A DNA stretch of 64,000 nucleotides from Eledone cirrhosa (Eukaryota), in assembly GCA_964016885.1 (NCBI GenBank), contig OZ024749.1, positions 3,968,001-4,032,000 on the forward strand, read 5' to 3'. How positions within the stretch are numbered: the first letter of the stretch is position 1; each line of letters starts with the position of its first letter. Positions 1 to 12,400 of this stretch are shown here, piece by piece. The notes beneath the pieces are model-generated. The model ran no database searches, had not been told where the DNA came from, and saw only the letters and a program-made list of their open reading frames with translations. The translations under genes were made by a program, and so were the position numbers.

Positions 1-848
1 GGCATCCTCTGGACTGAAATCGGAGACTGAAGGACTGATTATATCCGCACAAGATCAGTGTCTGCCAACAAAAAATTACCAAGCCAACATAATAAAAAAT
101 GGGTGCAGCCCATTATGCCGTGTATGCAAAAAACAACCAGAGACCATTGACCATATAATTTGAATGTGCAGTCCTATAGCTCCAACCGAATACCTAAACA
201 GGCATGACAGAGCTGCACAATACATACATTGGATAATGTGTAAGCATTTTGACCTGCCCCATCAAAAGAATTGGTGGGAGCATCAACCACCTCCCATACT
301 TGAAAAAGATCACATCTCAATCTTGTGGAACTTTAGCATCCAAACAGACCGAAAAATAGATGCAAATAGACCTGATATAATATTGAAGGACTTTCAAAGG
401 AGGGTATGCCTGCTAATTGATATGTCTGTTCCAATAGACAAGAATGTATCTATAAAAACATTTGAAAAATTGAGCAAGTATAAGGACCTGGAGATAGAAA
501 TTGGAAAAATGTGGAAATTGAGAACTAAAACAATACCAGTGGTTGTAGGCGCTCTGGGAATGATACCTAAGGGGTCTAACGACTACTTATCGCAAATCCC
601 AGGAAACCCGCGTATAGGAGAAATACAAAAGATAGTACTAATGGGAACTGCCCATATACTAAGGAAGATCATGTCAATATAAGTACATCACAAGTCTAAA
701 CACTAAGGATGCATGTGTGAATATGTGTGTTCTTTCTTGAACATGGCGGACCTTGTTGTCTCTTGAGGTCACTGGTTGTGACTTGGTGATAACTCGTATA
801 AACATAAAGCAAGATAAATGCAAATAATAATAATAATAATAATAATAA
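1..848 (+). mobile_element. 3' part of an R4/Dong-clade non-LTR retrotransposon, family B (zinc knuckle, RLE endonuclease, 3' UTR, (TAA)n tail); defective
   Basis: CRVC...HII*MC knuckle with a stop at 161-163; RHD; RPDIIL..LIDMSVP..KLSKYKDL (PD-D/ExK-type nuclease) in ORF 164-682; (TAA)n 823-848; near-identical to 12040-12888. Confidence 0.9.
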
Positions 849-850
849 AA

Positions 851-3470
851 ACTGAATGGGCCACTACAAATCATAGACACTAAAAATAAACTGGAAATAA
901 AGTACAAAACTAGGAGGAAAAAGCTAAATAGTATCATAGAGGAACTGAAGCAACGCATTGTAGCAAAAAGCGCAAAGATTAGGCGATAGGAGAGCAGAGT
1001 CAGTCAGTATAGACAGAACCGCATGTTTGACAACAACCAGAAGATACTGTTTGGACAGACTGAAGGGAAAGAAAGAGGCAACGACTTGATCCCTGAGGCG
1101 GAAAAAACTAGGATATTCTGGAGAGGAATACGGGAGCAGGATGTTGAACATAATAACCAGGCAGTGTGGTTTGAGACAGTACAAAAGGAGATAGTGAACA
1201 GGTACACCAACAAACTGATTTGAGTATCACAGTTGAAATTCTTACTGGGAAGGCCAGAAAACTAACCAACTGGAAATCACTAGGCCCAGATGATGTGCAG
1301 GGGTATTGGATAAAAAATACAACATCCCTCCACCCGAAACTGACAACCATGTTCAATGACTGCTTGATGCCAGGTGAGGTACCAGAGTGGTACACAAAAG
1401 GTACCACATTTCTGGTAATGAAAGACCGAAACAAGGGTAATGATGTTACCATCTATAGACCTGTCACATGCCTGTCCATAATGTGGAAACTGTTAACAAG
1501 CATTGTGTCTGAGGAAATCTACCATCACCTACACATAAACAACTTGTTAACGGACGAACAAAAAGGATGCCGAAGGAAGTCCCGTGGTACAAAGGACCAG
1601 TTACTTATTGATAAGATGGTAATGGGGAATTGCAGGAGGAGACACACTGGTCTTGCCGTGAGATGGATAGACTACAACAAGTCATTCGACATGGTACCTC
1701 ATTCTTGGATAACCAAAAGCCTAGAGATCTTCAGGGTGGCAGATAACATCAGACAGTTGGTGAGCAACAGTATGAAGTCCTGGAAAACATAGGGCGGAGA
1801 ATCTTTGGGAGGCGTGAGGATCAAGAGAGGTATCTTCCAGCGAGATAGTTTGTCCCCTATGTTGTTTGTCCTTGCCCTGATCCCCCTGACCATTATACTG
1901 CAAAACGTGAAAGCAGGATACAAGTTGGGAAAGGGAGTGCTTGCCATCAATATGTTCCTCTTCATGGACGATCTTGAGCTCTTCGGGAAGAGTGAGAAGG
2001 AGGTGGATGTGCTTGTTGACACTGTCGGTATCTCCAACAATGATATATGTATGCAATTTGGTATTAGTAAGTGTGGAGTCATTGTGATGAATAGGGGTAA
2101 ATTGAGCAGAAGTAACGGAATCCAGGTAACAACAGGTGAGATGATAAATGAAATTGACTCTGAAGAAGGATACAAGTATTTGGGTATTCTGGAGGCTGAT
2201 GACATCAAGAACATAAAAATGAAGGAATTGATAAGAACTGAATACATTCGGAGAGTAAGGAGCGTATTAAAGTCACATCTGAACAGTAGGAATGCCATAA
2301 GTGCAGTAAATTCCCGATCTGTGTCTATTATTAGGTACAGTGCGGGAATTCTGAGATGGAATGTTGCTGAACAAAAAGAAATGGATAGGAAAACTAGGAA
2401 GCTATTGACTATCTACAACATGTTCCACAAGAGGAGTGATGTCGATATACTCTACTTAAGGAGATCTGAAGGTGGAAGAGGTCTTATCAGCATAGAGGAC
2501 GTGTTCAGATGGAGAAAAACAACCTACACAAATACGTGACTGATAGTAAGGAGCCAATGCTCAGAACTGTACTAAAGGAGTGGACAATAGACCAGGGGAT
2601 GTCCAAGGAGGAAATAACATCAAGGAGAAAGAGCAGCCTTCAGGAAAAATCCCTTCATAGTACCTTCTTTGAGAAAACTGAATTTAGAGATCCATAGACA
2701 TGGAACTGGTTGAAAAGAGGAGACCTTAAAAAGGCTACAGAAGGAATGTTAATGGCTACGCAGGAGCAGGCCCTCAAAACGAAGTGGTCTAAACACCATA
2801 TTTACAAGGAGGAGGCTAGCCAACTGTGCAGGATCTGTGGAGTGAGAGAGGAGACTGTGGCTCACATTGTTACCGAGTGTAAACACCTAGCCCAGACTCA
2901 CTATAAGGGCTGGAGACATGATGTGATGGGCAGGGTGATACACTGGCACCTATGCAAAGTAAACAATTTACCACATTCTGAGAAGTGGTAAGAGCATAAG
3001 CCAGAGTCGGTGATAGAAAACGATCAGGTGAAGGTGCTGTGGGATTTTAGGATACAGACGGACAAGAAACTGGAACACAATAGACCTGACCTGGTAGTTG
3101 TGGTCAAAGAAAAAAGATCGTGCCTGATTGTGGATGTGGGCTGCCCATTCGACACGAGAGTGCAAGAGAAGGAGAGGGAGAAAATTAACCGATACCAGGA
3201 CTTAATGTGGGAGGTAAAAAGGATTTGGAACTGCCATGAAGTCAAAGTGGTCCCGATTGTCATAGGCGCACTAGGGACTATCTCAAAAAGTTTCCAGGGA
3301 TGGTTAAAGAAAATTGGCCCCTTCACGCTTTTTGGAACGCTTCAAAAGGCATGCTTGCTGGGAACAGCAAGAACACTCCGATACGTCCTGAATATCTGAG
3401 GCTGCAGGTAGTGGCTTGATATTCATTTCAACAAACTTTCCAGTTAACTAACATCAATGACTGAGACTCA

Positions 3471-3527
<57 letters not shown>
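851..3527 (+). mobile_element. 5'-truncated, decayed R4/Dong-clade element, family A
   Basis: Colinear with 6833-9468. ORF pieces 1220-1792, 1805-2539, 2710-2991 and 3010-3399 give RT (YRPVTCL, FMDD), CCHC and RLE, broken by stops and frameshifts. Starts directly after a TAA tract; (TAA)n tail 3471-3527. Confidence 0.93.
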
Positions 3528-3600
3528 TGTTTCTACATTAGGCACAAAGCCAGCAAATTACCCTGTGTATTTCTGGTACTTTACGTTATCGACCTCGAGG
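3525..3600 (-). mobile_element. 3' fragment of the dominant tRNA-derived SINE
   Basis: ttgtttctacattaggcacaaagccagc...ggtacttt...atcgacc matches the many other copies in the window. Confidence 0.75.
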
Positions 3601-3639
3601 GCTGACATCAAGAAAAACATAACAGGCGGCACAGGACGG

Positions 3640-5048
3640 TACAGGACGGTACGATGTGGGTTTTGTCCGTGTAAATATTTTTATTATTTATATAAGAAAA
3701 GAAAAACAGGACATAGATACATATATATATATAAACAAAAAAATGAAAATTGAAAATATGAAAAATTCAACAATAGGGGGAAACCTCCGAGGGTTACTCG
3801 TGGCGAAAACCACACAAAAGACCACGGCCACCCTGACCAACAGGGCAAGCGTCCTCTCTCAATATTTACATTTCTCAAACTACAGGCGTATATTCTGACG
3901 GTCCCGTTCACTCGGACCATTCTCGCTACATCCACCCCCCTTTCAACAAACTTGCTAGAAGGCAGCACTTGCCTCTCCACCCTGATTTTCCTCTTCAAGT
4001 GAAACTTGAAAAAGTTAATTAGGGATTCGCCGAAGAGGAAAGTGTATGTCTTTAACCCTTTCACCCATGTCCACCACACAATCTCTTTCGCCATGGCCAC
4101 CAGCCAGATGAAAACTACCTGCCCTTCCTCCTCGAAGGAAGACGGCGAAACCATCTGCACAATGGACTCAGTCGATAACCGGATCAGTGCTACACGCGAC
4201 AGCAACTGTTCGACATAGCTTCACAAGTCAGCAATGTTCGGGCACTGAACGAGTGCAAGCACGACGGTTTCGTCGCTCTGAACTCATATCGGACAGGCTC
4301 GGCTGACGGCACTTCCGTGCCTGTAGAGCTTATCTCAAACAGGCAGCGCTCCCCGGTAGCACTGCCAGACCAGAGATTTTTGGAAGTTATCCATAGGCCC
4401 TGGGCTGAAAGTTCTCCGGAAGAGAGCAAACAGCTGATATTCTTCGACTCCCAGGATCTCTGCTAGAACGTCGTCGCTCTTCCCCATCCACTAGTCCTCT
4501 ATAGAACGCCGACGTGGATGTTCCACCGATACTGGTGCCCAGCTGGCAGAGGGCAGTGAGCGCCTGGAGACATTCCAGTTATCAAGGACTATCCCTCGGT
4601 CGTTTTCTGACCCAGGACTGCAGCTCCGTCAAGTAGACGAGTTGTTGGAAAACATGCCTGGCGAACGGCGACCACACCTGTTCACCATCAAGGAAGCACC
4701 AGAGATGTCGCAGCCTCAGCGCATGTTTGCGCATCATCAGCCATGGCATGCCCAATCCTCCACGCAACGGGTGTTGACAGCAGATGGATCATCTGACCAT
4801 GGGGGCGCGTCTTTTCCACAAAAAAAGCAGAAGAGGAGGCGCCCATCTTGGTGAGAGTTGGGCCGGAGCAAAGGACGACGGTAAGGCGGTAGCAGATGAC
4901 GGAGGCGATGTACGCATTCGCCACCTCCGCCCGGCCTTTCAGGGACAGCTTCATCTGGGCTCATTTCTGGGTGAGGGATGCCACCTTGCTCGTCACCTCG
5001 TTCCAATTTTTCTCCATCTAGAGGTCCGGTCCGAACCAGACCCCGAGC
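3640..5048 (-). mobile_element. Tx1/L1-clade non-LTR retrotransposon, decayed 3' part of ORF2 plus 3' UTR
   Basis: Minus-strand peptides KLSLKGRAEVANAYIASVICYRL, RGGLGMPWL and WLVAMAKEIVWWT resemble the Tx1/L1 ORF2 C-terminus; frameshifted; homologous to 44690-44983. Confidence 0.8.
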
Positions 5049-5049
5049 A

Positions 5050-5510
5050 ATAATAAAAGAATTTGACAAGCTACGAAAATATAAAGATCTGCTTATTGAA
5101 ATTGAGAAAATGTGGCACCCCAAGGCCGTTAAAATACCTGTGATTTTTTGACTGGGAATGATCAAGAAAGGAACAGAACAATATTTGCGAATTATTCCTG
5201 GTTACCTTCTCTGCACGAGGTGCAACAAATTGTTTTGACTGGTACTGCACACGTATTGAGAAGAGAACTATCTCTGTAAGATTGATATCCCTCCTTGTAT
5301 TTACATAGGTCTATGCACATGTGTATATATGTATACTGTTTTTGTTTTTTTATTATAATCAATGTGCTGTATTAACTGGCTTACCAATGCTCACTGTGAA
5401 TTTATTTGCCCTAGGTGTCAGGAAGACACTCGGCATATATCTCAGAAACAATAATGAAAGAAAATAAAAATAACAATAATAATAATCATAATAATAACAA
5501 TAATAATAAG

Positions 5511-5577
<67 letters not shown>
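5050..5577 (+). mobile_element. Short 3' end of a third R4/Dong-like family (C) with 3' UTR and TAA-rich tail
   Basis: Translates (with frameshifts) as KEFDKLRKYKDLLIEIEKMW..KIPVI..LGMIKKG..EVQQIVLTGTAHVLRRELSL*, homologous to the family B C-terminus; not in the ORF track. Confidence 0.8.
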
Positions 5578-5580
<3 letters not shown>

Positions 5581-5604
5581 CAAAAAAACAAACAACAAAA
5601 CCAA

Positions 5605-5890
5605 AGCAGCACAGCAACAACAGCAAAAAACGAGAAAAACAAACAGAGAAAAACAAAAACAAAAAAAGAAACCCCAAAAACGTAAAGAAAATAAGAATGA
5701 AGAGAGAAGCAGGCGGACGGACAGAGAAGAGGGGGGAAAAAGTAAAACTTAAAAAACAAAAACTAAGTCAGACATTCGAATACTACATTACAATGAAACT
5801 TATGCTTACTCATTTTTGGGGCCCTTTCTGCCCGTGTGTTTGTTTGTTTGTTTATGTGCGTCCGTATACAGCGTGGTGATAATGCCACAC
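5605..5890. repeat. Unclassified dispersed repeat
   Basis: Shares gcacagcaacaac...ctaagtcagacattc...caatgaaac...tacagcgtg..tgccac with 19620-19818. Confidence 0.55.
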
Positions 5891-8800
5891 AAGGGCCAAG
5901 TGGGATGGCGGATCCACAGATGGCTATGTAAACATACATTCGCCAATCCTCGATAAGAGTGTGTAAATATCGAACATAAACAGTTCGAATAACGGTGAAA
6001 TGGAGACTAGAACGTCATGTGACAGACTCTCACCCAACAGGTGCCCCCTGGCTCAGCAGCAGGAACCTGACTGTCAACCAAATACTGCTGATGTTGGAGG
6101 AAGAAGAAGAAGGAAAGGGGCCAGAACCAACTGGACGAAAGAATTGAATAGAACTGTTATGCAATGCTACCTGAAAAGTAACCCCAAGGAGAGGGGCTAC
6201 AGGAGACGGATGCATAACATCTGGAACGAGATTGGTTTATTTAAATTAGATGAACAAAAATTGGCCGGGCAGGCTCGGGTAATAAGAACTAATGGGTGGA
6301 TAAGCGAGCTGGAACTGGAGGAACTGAGCACAGAGAATGGCTTGGAGATGGCGGGTGTAGTATGCCAGACAATCGAGCCGGCGGGAAATGAAGGTGAGGA
6401 GGTCCTGAGAACGGAGGAACCACCCGAAGCAGACAATGATCTAAATACTGAGATAAATAATACCTGGAACAGAGATACGGCCACTGAGGAGATGAATGCT
6501 GACGGGCTGGGACAAGATTCGGTTGACATCCTAAATTTAGTGGTAGATGAGTTGAACAATGATAGTGGGAGACCTATGAACCTAAGATTTGTAGACAGGA
6601 AAAAGTTAAAAGAAACAACAGCTAAGGTAAACAAAGTCATCCCATACCTTGAGGCGAGGAGTCTTCACCAGTGCAACAATATCCTCAAAGCAACAGCAAA
6701 TACGGTGAGGAAACTACTTGGTATAAAAGCGAGAGGAAACAACAGACAAGAAAGAGCAGAGCCGTGGTGGAAGAAGCGACTGAGTGGGCAAATCGGGGAA
6801 ATGAGAAATGACATAGGAAAGCTTGAGTCACTACTGAATGGGACACTAAAAAACATAGGCACTAAAAATAGACTGGAAATAAAATACAAAACTAGGAGTA
6901 AAAAGCTAAATATTATCATAGAGGAACTGAAGCAACGCATTGTAGCAAAGAGTGCCAAAATCAGGCGATACGAGAACAGAGTCAGTCAGTATAAACAGAA
7001 CCGCATGTTCGACAACAACCAGAAGATGCTGTTTGGACAGCTTGAGGGGAAAGAAAGAGGCAACGACTTGATCCCTGGGGCGGAACAAGCTAAAACATTC
7101 TGGAGAGGAATATGGGAGCAGGATGTTAGACACAATGCCCAGGCAGGGTGGATTGAGACAGTACAGAGGGAGATCGGTGAGCAGGCACAGCAACAGACTG
7201 ATTTGAGTATCACAGTTGAAACTCTTAAGGGGCAAGCCAAAAAACTAACCAACTGGAAATCACCAGGCCCAGATGGTGTGCAGGGGTATTGGATTACACA
7301 TTTAACATCCCTCCACCCGAAGCTGACGGCCATGATCAATGACTGCTTGGTGTCGGGTGAGGTGCCAGAGTGGTTGACAAAAGGTACCACAGTTCTGATA
7401 ATGAAAGACCGAATCAAGGGTAATGATGTTACCAACTATAGACCTATCACATGTCTGCCCGTAATGTGGAAACTGTTGACGAGCATTGTGTCTGAGGAAG
7501 TCTACCATCACCTCCACACAAACAACTTGTTACCGGACGAACAGAAAGGATGCCGAAAGAAGTCACGTGGTACAAAGGACCAGTTGCTTATTGATAAGAT
7601 GGTAATGGGGAATTGCAGGAGGAGACACACTGATCTTGCCATGGGATGGATAGACTACAGAAAGGCATTTGACATGGTGCCTCATTCCTGGATCACCAAA
7701 AGCCTGGAGATCTTCAGGGTGGCAGATAACATCAGACAGTTGCTGGGCAGGAGTATGGGGTCCTGGGAGACAGAGTTGACATCAACTGGAGTATCCTTGG
7801 GAAGCGTGAAGATCAAGAGAGGTATCTTCCAGGGAGATAGCCTGTCTCCTCTGTTGTTTGTCCTTGCCCTGATGCCCTTGACCATTATGCTGCGAAAAGT
7901 GAGAGCAGGATACAAGTTGGGAAGGGGAGAGCTTACCATCAATCACCTCCTCTTCATGGACGATCTTAAGCTCTTCGGGAAAAGTGAGAAGGAGTTGGAT
8001 GTGCTTGTTGACACTGTCCGTATTTTCAGCAGTGATATATGTATGCAGTTTGGTATTGGTAAATGTGGAGTCATTGTGATGAAGAGGGGTAGGTTGAGCA
8101 GAAGTAACGGGATCCAAATACCAACAGGTGACATGATAAAGGAAATTGACTCTGAGGAAGGATACAAGTATTTGGGCGTTCTGGAGGCTGATGGCATAAA
8201 GAACAAAACAATGAAGGAATTGTTAAGAACTGAATACATTCGGAGAGTAAGGAGCGTATTGAAGTCACATCTGAACAGCAGAAATGCCATAAGCGCAGTA
8301 AATTCCCGAGCTGTGTCTATTATTAGGTACAGTGCGGGAATTCTGAGATGGAATGTTGCTGAACAAAAAGAAATGGATAGGAAGACTAGGAAGCTATTGA
8401 CTATCTACAACATGTTCCACAAGAGGAGTGATGTCGATAGACTCTACCTAAGGAGATCTGAGGGTGGAAGAGGTCTTATCAGCATAGAGGACTGTGTTCA
8501 GATGGAGAAAAACAACCTATACAAATACGTGACCTATAGTAAGGAGCCAATGCTCAGAGCTGTACTGAAGGAGGGGACAGTAGGCCAGGGGATATCCAAG
8601 GAGGAAATAACATCAAGGAGGAAGAGCAGCCTTAAGGGAAAATCCCTTCATAGTACCTTCTTTGAGAAAACTGAATTTAGAGATCCACAGACATGGAACT
8701 GGTTGAGAAGAGGAGACCTCAAAAAGGCTACAGAAGGAATGCTAATGGCTGCGCAGGAGCAGGCCCTCAAAACGAAGTGGTTGAAGCACCATATCTACAA

Positions 8801-9490
8801 GGAGGAGGCTAGCCCACTGTGCAGGATCTGTGGAGAGAGAGAGGTGACTGTGGCTCACATTGTGTCCGAGTGCAAACACCTAGCCCAGACCCACTATAAG
8901 GGCTGGAGACACGATGTGATGGGCAGGGTGATCCACTGGCACCTGTGCAAAGTAAACAATCTACCACATTCTGAGAGATGGTATGAGCATAGGCCAGAGG
9001 CGGTGATGGAGAACAATCAGGTGAAGGTGCTGTGGGATTTTAGGATACAGACGGACAAAAAACTGGAACACAATAGACCTGACCTGGTGGTTGTGGACAA
9101 AGAAAAAAGATCGTGCCTGATTGTGGATGTGGCCTGCCCGTTCGACACGAGAGTGCAAGAGAAGGAGAGGGAGAAAATTAACCGATTCCAGGACCTAAAG
9201 TGGGAGGTGAAAAGGATTTGGAACTGCCATGAAGTCAAAGTGATCCCGATTGTCATAGGCGCACTGGGGACTATCTCCAAAGGTTTCCAGGGATGGTTAA
9301 AGAAAATCGGCCCCTTCACGCTTTTTGGAACGCTTCAAAAGGCATGCTTGCTTGGAACGGCAAGAACCCTCCGATACGTCCTGAATATCTGAGGCTGCAG
9401 GTAGTGGCTTGATATTCAATCCAACGGACTTTCCAGTTAACCAACATCAATGGCTGAGATTCACGGAATAACAACAATAATAATACTAAT
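5891..9490 (+). mobile_element. Apparently full-length R4/Dong-clade (RLE-type) non-LTR retrotransposon, family A
   Basis: Short putative 5' UTR (5' boundary approximate), single long ORF, 3' UTR shared with the copy ending at 3470, AAT/AAC tail 9467-9490. Confidence 0.9.
6000..9392 (+). CDS. 1130-aa polyprotein: R4-type N-terminal domain, reverse transcriptase, CCHC zinc knuckle, restriction-like endonuclease
   Basis: Uninterrupted ORF with WTKELN..MQCY, KSPGPDG, YRPITCL, WIDYRKAFDMVPH, GIFQGDSLSPLLF, HLLFMDDLKLF, YKYLG, CRIC-x8-H-x4-C, RHD and RPDLVVVD..IVDVACP..EK. Confidence 0.96.
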   Translation: METRTSCDRLSPNRCPLAQQQEPDCQPNTADVGGRRRRKGARTNWTKELNRTVMQCYLKSNPKERGYRRRMHNIWNEIGLFKLDEQKLAGQARVIRTNGWISELELEELSTENGLEMAGVVCQTIEPAGNEGEEVLRTEEPPEADNDLNTEINNTWNRDTATEEMNADGLGQDSVDILNLVVDELNNDSGRPMNLRFVDRKKLKETTAKVNKVIPYLEARSLHQCNNILKATANTVRKLLGIKARGNNRQERAEPWWKKRLSGQIGEMRNDIGKLESLLNGTLKNIGTKNRLEIKYKTRSKKLNIIIEELKQRIVAKSAKIRRYENRVSQYKQNRMFDNNQKMLFGQLEGKERGNDLIPGAEQAKTFWRGIWEQDVRHNAQAGWIETVQREIGEQAQQQTDLSITVETLKGQAKKLTNWKSPGPDGVQGYWITHLTSLHPKLTAMINDCLVSGEVPEWLTKGTTVLIMKDRIKGNDVTNYRPITCLPVMWKLLTSIVSEEVYHHLHTNNLLPDEQKGCRKKSRGTKDQLLIDKMVMGNCRRRHTDLAMGWIDYRKAFDMVPHSWITKSLEIFRVADNIRQLLGRSMGSWETELTSTGVSLGSVKIKRGIFQGDSLSPLLFVLALMPLTIMLRKVRAGYKLGRGELTINHLLFMDDLKLFGKSEKELDVLVDTVRIFSSDICMQFGIGKCGVIVMKRGRLSRSNGIQIPTGDMIKEIDSEEGYKYLGVLEADGIKNKTMKELLRTEYIRRVRSVLKSHLNSRNAISAVNSRAVSIIRYSAGILRWNVAEQKEMDRKTRKLLTIYNMFHKRSDVDRLYLRRSEGGRGLISIEDCVQMEKNNLYKYVTYSKEPMLRAVLKEGTVGQGISKEEITSRRKSSLKGKSLHSTFFEKTEFRDPQTWNWLRRGDLKKATEGMLMAAQEQALKTKWLKHHIYKEEASPLCRICGEREVTVAHIVSECKHLAQTHYKGWRHDVMGRVIHWHLCKVNNLPHSERWYEHRPEAVMENNQVKVLWDFRIQTDKKLEHNRPDLVVVDKEKRSCLIVDVACPFDTRVQEKEREKINRFQDLKWEVKRIWNCHEVKVIPIVIGALGTISKGFQGWLKKIGPFTLFGTLQKACLLGTARTLRYVLNI

Positions 9491-12400
9491 ATTTCTACAC
9501 TGACATGTACTACCCATCAAATACATCGAATACAGAACAACTATATATCAACTGGAAAAAGAAACATCCCGAAAACAGAGGCTATATTGACAGTAACAAA
9601 CTAGCCAATATACGAAGAAATATTGTAAGAAAAAAGTTACTAACTGATATAGAAATTGATCAGATCAAGCTAGTAGCACAAAGTCAGCGAAGGGAAAATG
9701 AAGCATGTGTCAGTGAAAACGAGGTAAACTGTAACACTTCGAATCCCAGGGTTGGGGCGGAATCACTGGCAACAGAACAAATTAAAGAAAGGAGCGAAAA
9801 AGTGGAGGGAGTGCATGTTCAGGATGAAACTCCAAATGAAAATAATGAGATCGTAAATGATCTAGAAATGAATGAGAATGAACTTGCCAACTTGAAGGAT
9901 GAAATTATGATCGAATGGATGAAAATGAAAGAATCTGACATGGGGCAACGAGATACCCTCCCTAAGATCCAGAACTCCAAACAGAACCAAAAGATAATAC
10001 ACAAGACTAACATAATTCTCAAAAACATTATCATCACAAACAAACTAAACATTACTAACTAAAATCATCTCTATTATGCATCGGCTAAAGTCACCACTCA
10101 CTTATCTGGAGTGAAGATGAAAAAACAAAGGAATTCCCACAAGAAATCTACTTGGCAAGATAACATCAATCGCCAAATAAACCTTCTCCGATCTGACATA
10201 GACATTTTAACAAACTATAAAGTAGGTGAACATGTTAAACAAACTAAACTTAGAAAATTGAAAAAAAAGTACAGTATAAGATCAACATGTGACATAGACA
10301 TGCTGATAGAAACAATCAAGCAAAAAGTGTCGGCCAAAGCTGCTCGTATAAGGCGCTTTGAAAAACGATCTAGATTCTATAAGGACAATAATATGTTCAA
10401 AAACAACCAAAGAAACTTCTACAGAAAAATTGGTAAGTCAACAATAACTGCTAAATCAATACCACCCAAGGAGGAAGTGCAAGAATTCTGGGAAAAGATC
10501 TGGGCCGAAGAAAAAGTTCATAACATACATGCCCCATGGATAGACAGACAAATGAAAGATACAGCTCACCTTGAGGAACAAACATGGGAAAATATAACAG
10601 TTGAACAGTTGCGCTTGGCTCTAAGAAAAACCAGCAAATGAAAATCCCCAGGAAAAGACAAAATACAAAACTTTTGGATAAATGCCTTCACAGAGTCTCA
10701 TGAGCTGTTAGCCCAACTTTACAATGAAATAGTTAAGGAGCCAGAAAAGATACCATCATGGCTAGTTAACGGCATTACATTCCTGCTACCGACGAATGAT
10801 GAGACAAACAATCCCAAAAATTACAGACCGATAACCTGCTTGACCACAATGTATAAAATTTTAACATCAGTCCTAACTGAATACACATATGACCACACAG
10901 TTGGATTGAAAAATGTTTAGAGATTTTCAAAATATCCCCCGTTGTCAGGAGATTTTTGTCATTCAGTATGAAGACATGGAGAACGACACTCCTTTTGAAT
11001 AGTCAAACAAAATCACTGGAAGCTGGAGAAGTTAATATTAATTGTGGAATTTTTCAGGGTGTCTCTTTATCACCGCTTTTATTCTGCATCGCACTTATAC
11101 CATTAAGTAAAATGCTCAATGAAACAAAACATGGATATAGAGTCTATGACAAAACCATTAATCACCTGTTCTACATGGATGACCTGAAACTATTTGCAAA
11201 AAATGATGAACAATTGCAAGGGCTATTATCCAATGTGAAGCAGTTCAGTGATGACATTAAAATGGAGTTTGGACTGGATAAATACGCCAAAGCAACGTTC
11301 ACCAGAGGAAAGCTGCTGAAGAGTTCAGACATTAATCTTGATCGGGGGGAACGTGATAAGAGAGCTTGATCAAGAAAAAACTTACAAATATCTAGGTGTT
11401 TGTGAAGGAGACGGAATCAAGCACTCGACAATGAGGGAAAGGATAAGGAAGGAATGTTACCGCAGAGTCAGAGCAATCTTAAGAACGGAATTGAATTCAA
11501 GGAATAGGATCGATGTCATAAACACGCTTGCCATACCAGTAGTAACCTACAGTTACAATGTCATCAACTGGTCAAGCACAGAGATCCGTAGGCTCGATAC
11601 AAAAATCCGAAAATTCTTAACCATGCACAGAGCAACACCCTAAGGCAGGCATAGATAGAATATATCTCCCTAGGAAAGAAGGAGGACGTGGGTTAATCCA
11701 GTTAGACATTGCGTTGAAAACTGCAACAATTGGATTATCCACATATCTAAGGAAATCACATGATTGGATGATCAAACTCGTTTTGAAACACGAAAGCACC
11801 AAAAGATCATATTCCATTACAAAAGATGCACAAAGATACAGTAATGGACTACACATTTCAGAAGTCCCATTTACTGCTGAAATGGAAAACACAGAAAAAG
11901 CAAAGCAGGTAAAAGTAACTGCAAAGAAAGAACTGCTACAGAAACTGGCTAAGAAATGGCAAGAAAAGCCTCTGTATGGAAAATGCCCAGAGCGAGCTAA
12001 CAATCCTGATGTTGACAAAACTTTAACCCATCAGTTTTTGGCATCCTCTGGACTGAAATCGGAGACTGAAGGACTGATTATAACGGCACAAGATCAGTGT
12101 CTGCCAACAAAAAATTACCAAGCCAACATAATAAAAAATGGGTGCAGCCCATTATGCCGTGTATGCAAAAAACATCCAGAGACCATTGACCATATAATTT
12201 GAATGTGCAGTCCTATAGCTCCAACCGAATACCTAAACAGGCATGACAGGGCTGCACAATACATACATTGGATAATGTGTAAGCATTTTGACCTGCCCCA
12301 TCAAAAGAATTGGTGGGAGCATCAACCACCTCCCATACTTGAAAAAGATCACATCTCAATCTTGTGGAACTTTAGCATCCAAACAGACCGAAAAATAGAT

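Noticed and set aside
674-9319. Minus-strand ORFs overlapping the R4 elements
   Set aside because: Antisense shadows of the retrotransposon ORF with no independent motifs.
6000-9392. Bacterial RT system (retron, group II intron, DGR) or R2 element in rDNA
   Set aside because: Domain order and tails are those of eukaryotic RLE non-LTR elements; no rRNA sequence flanks them, and the N-terminus lacks R2 zinc fingers.
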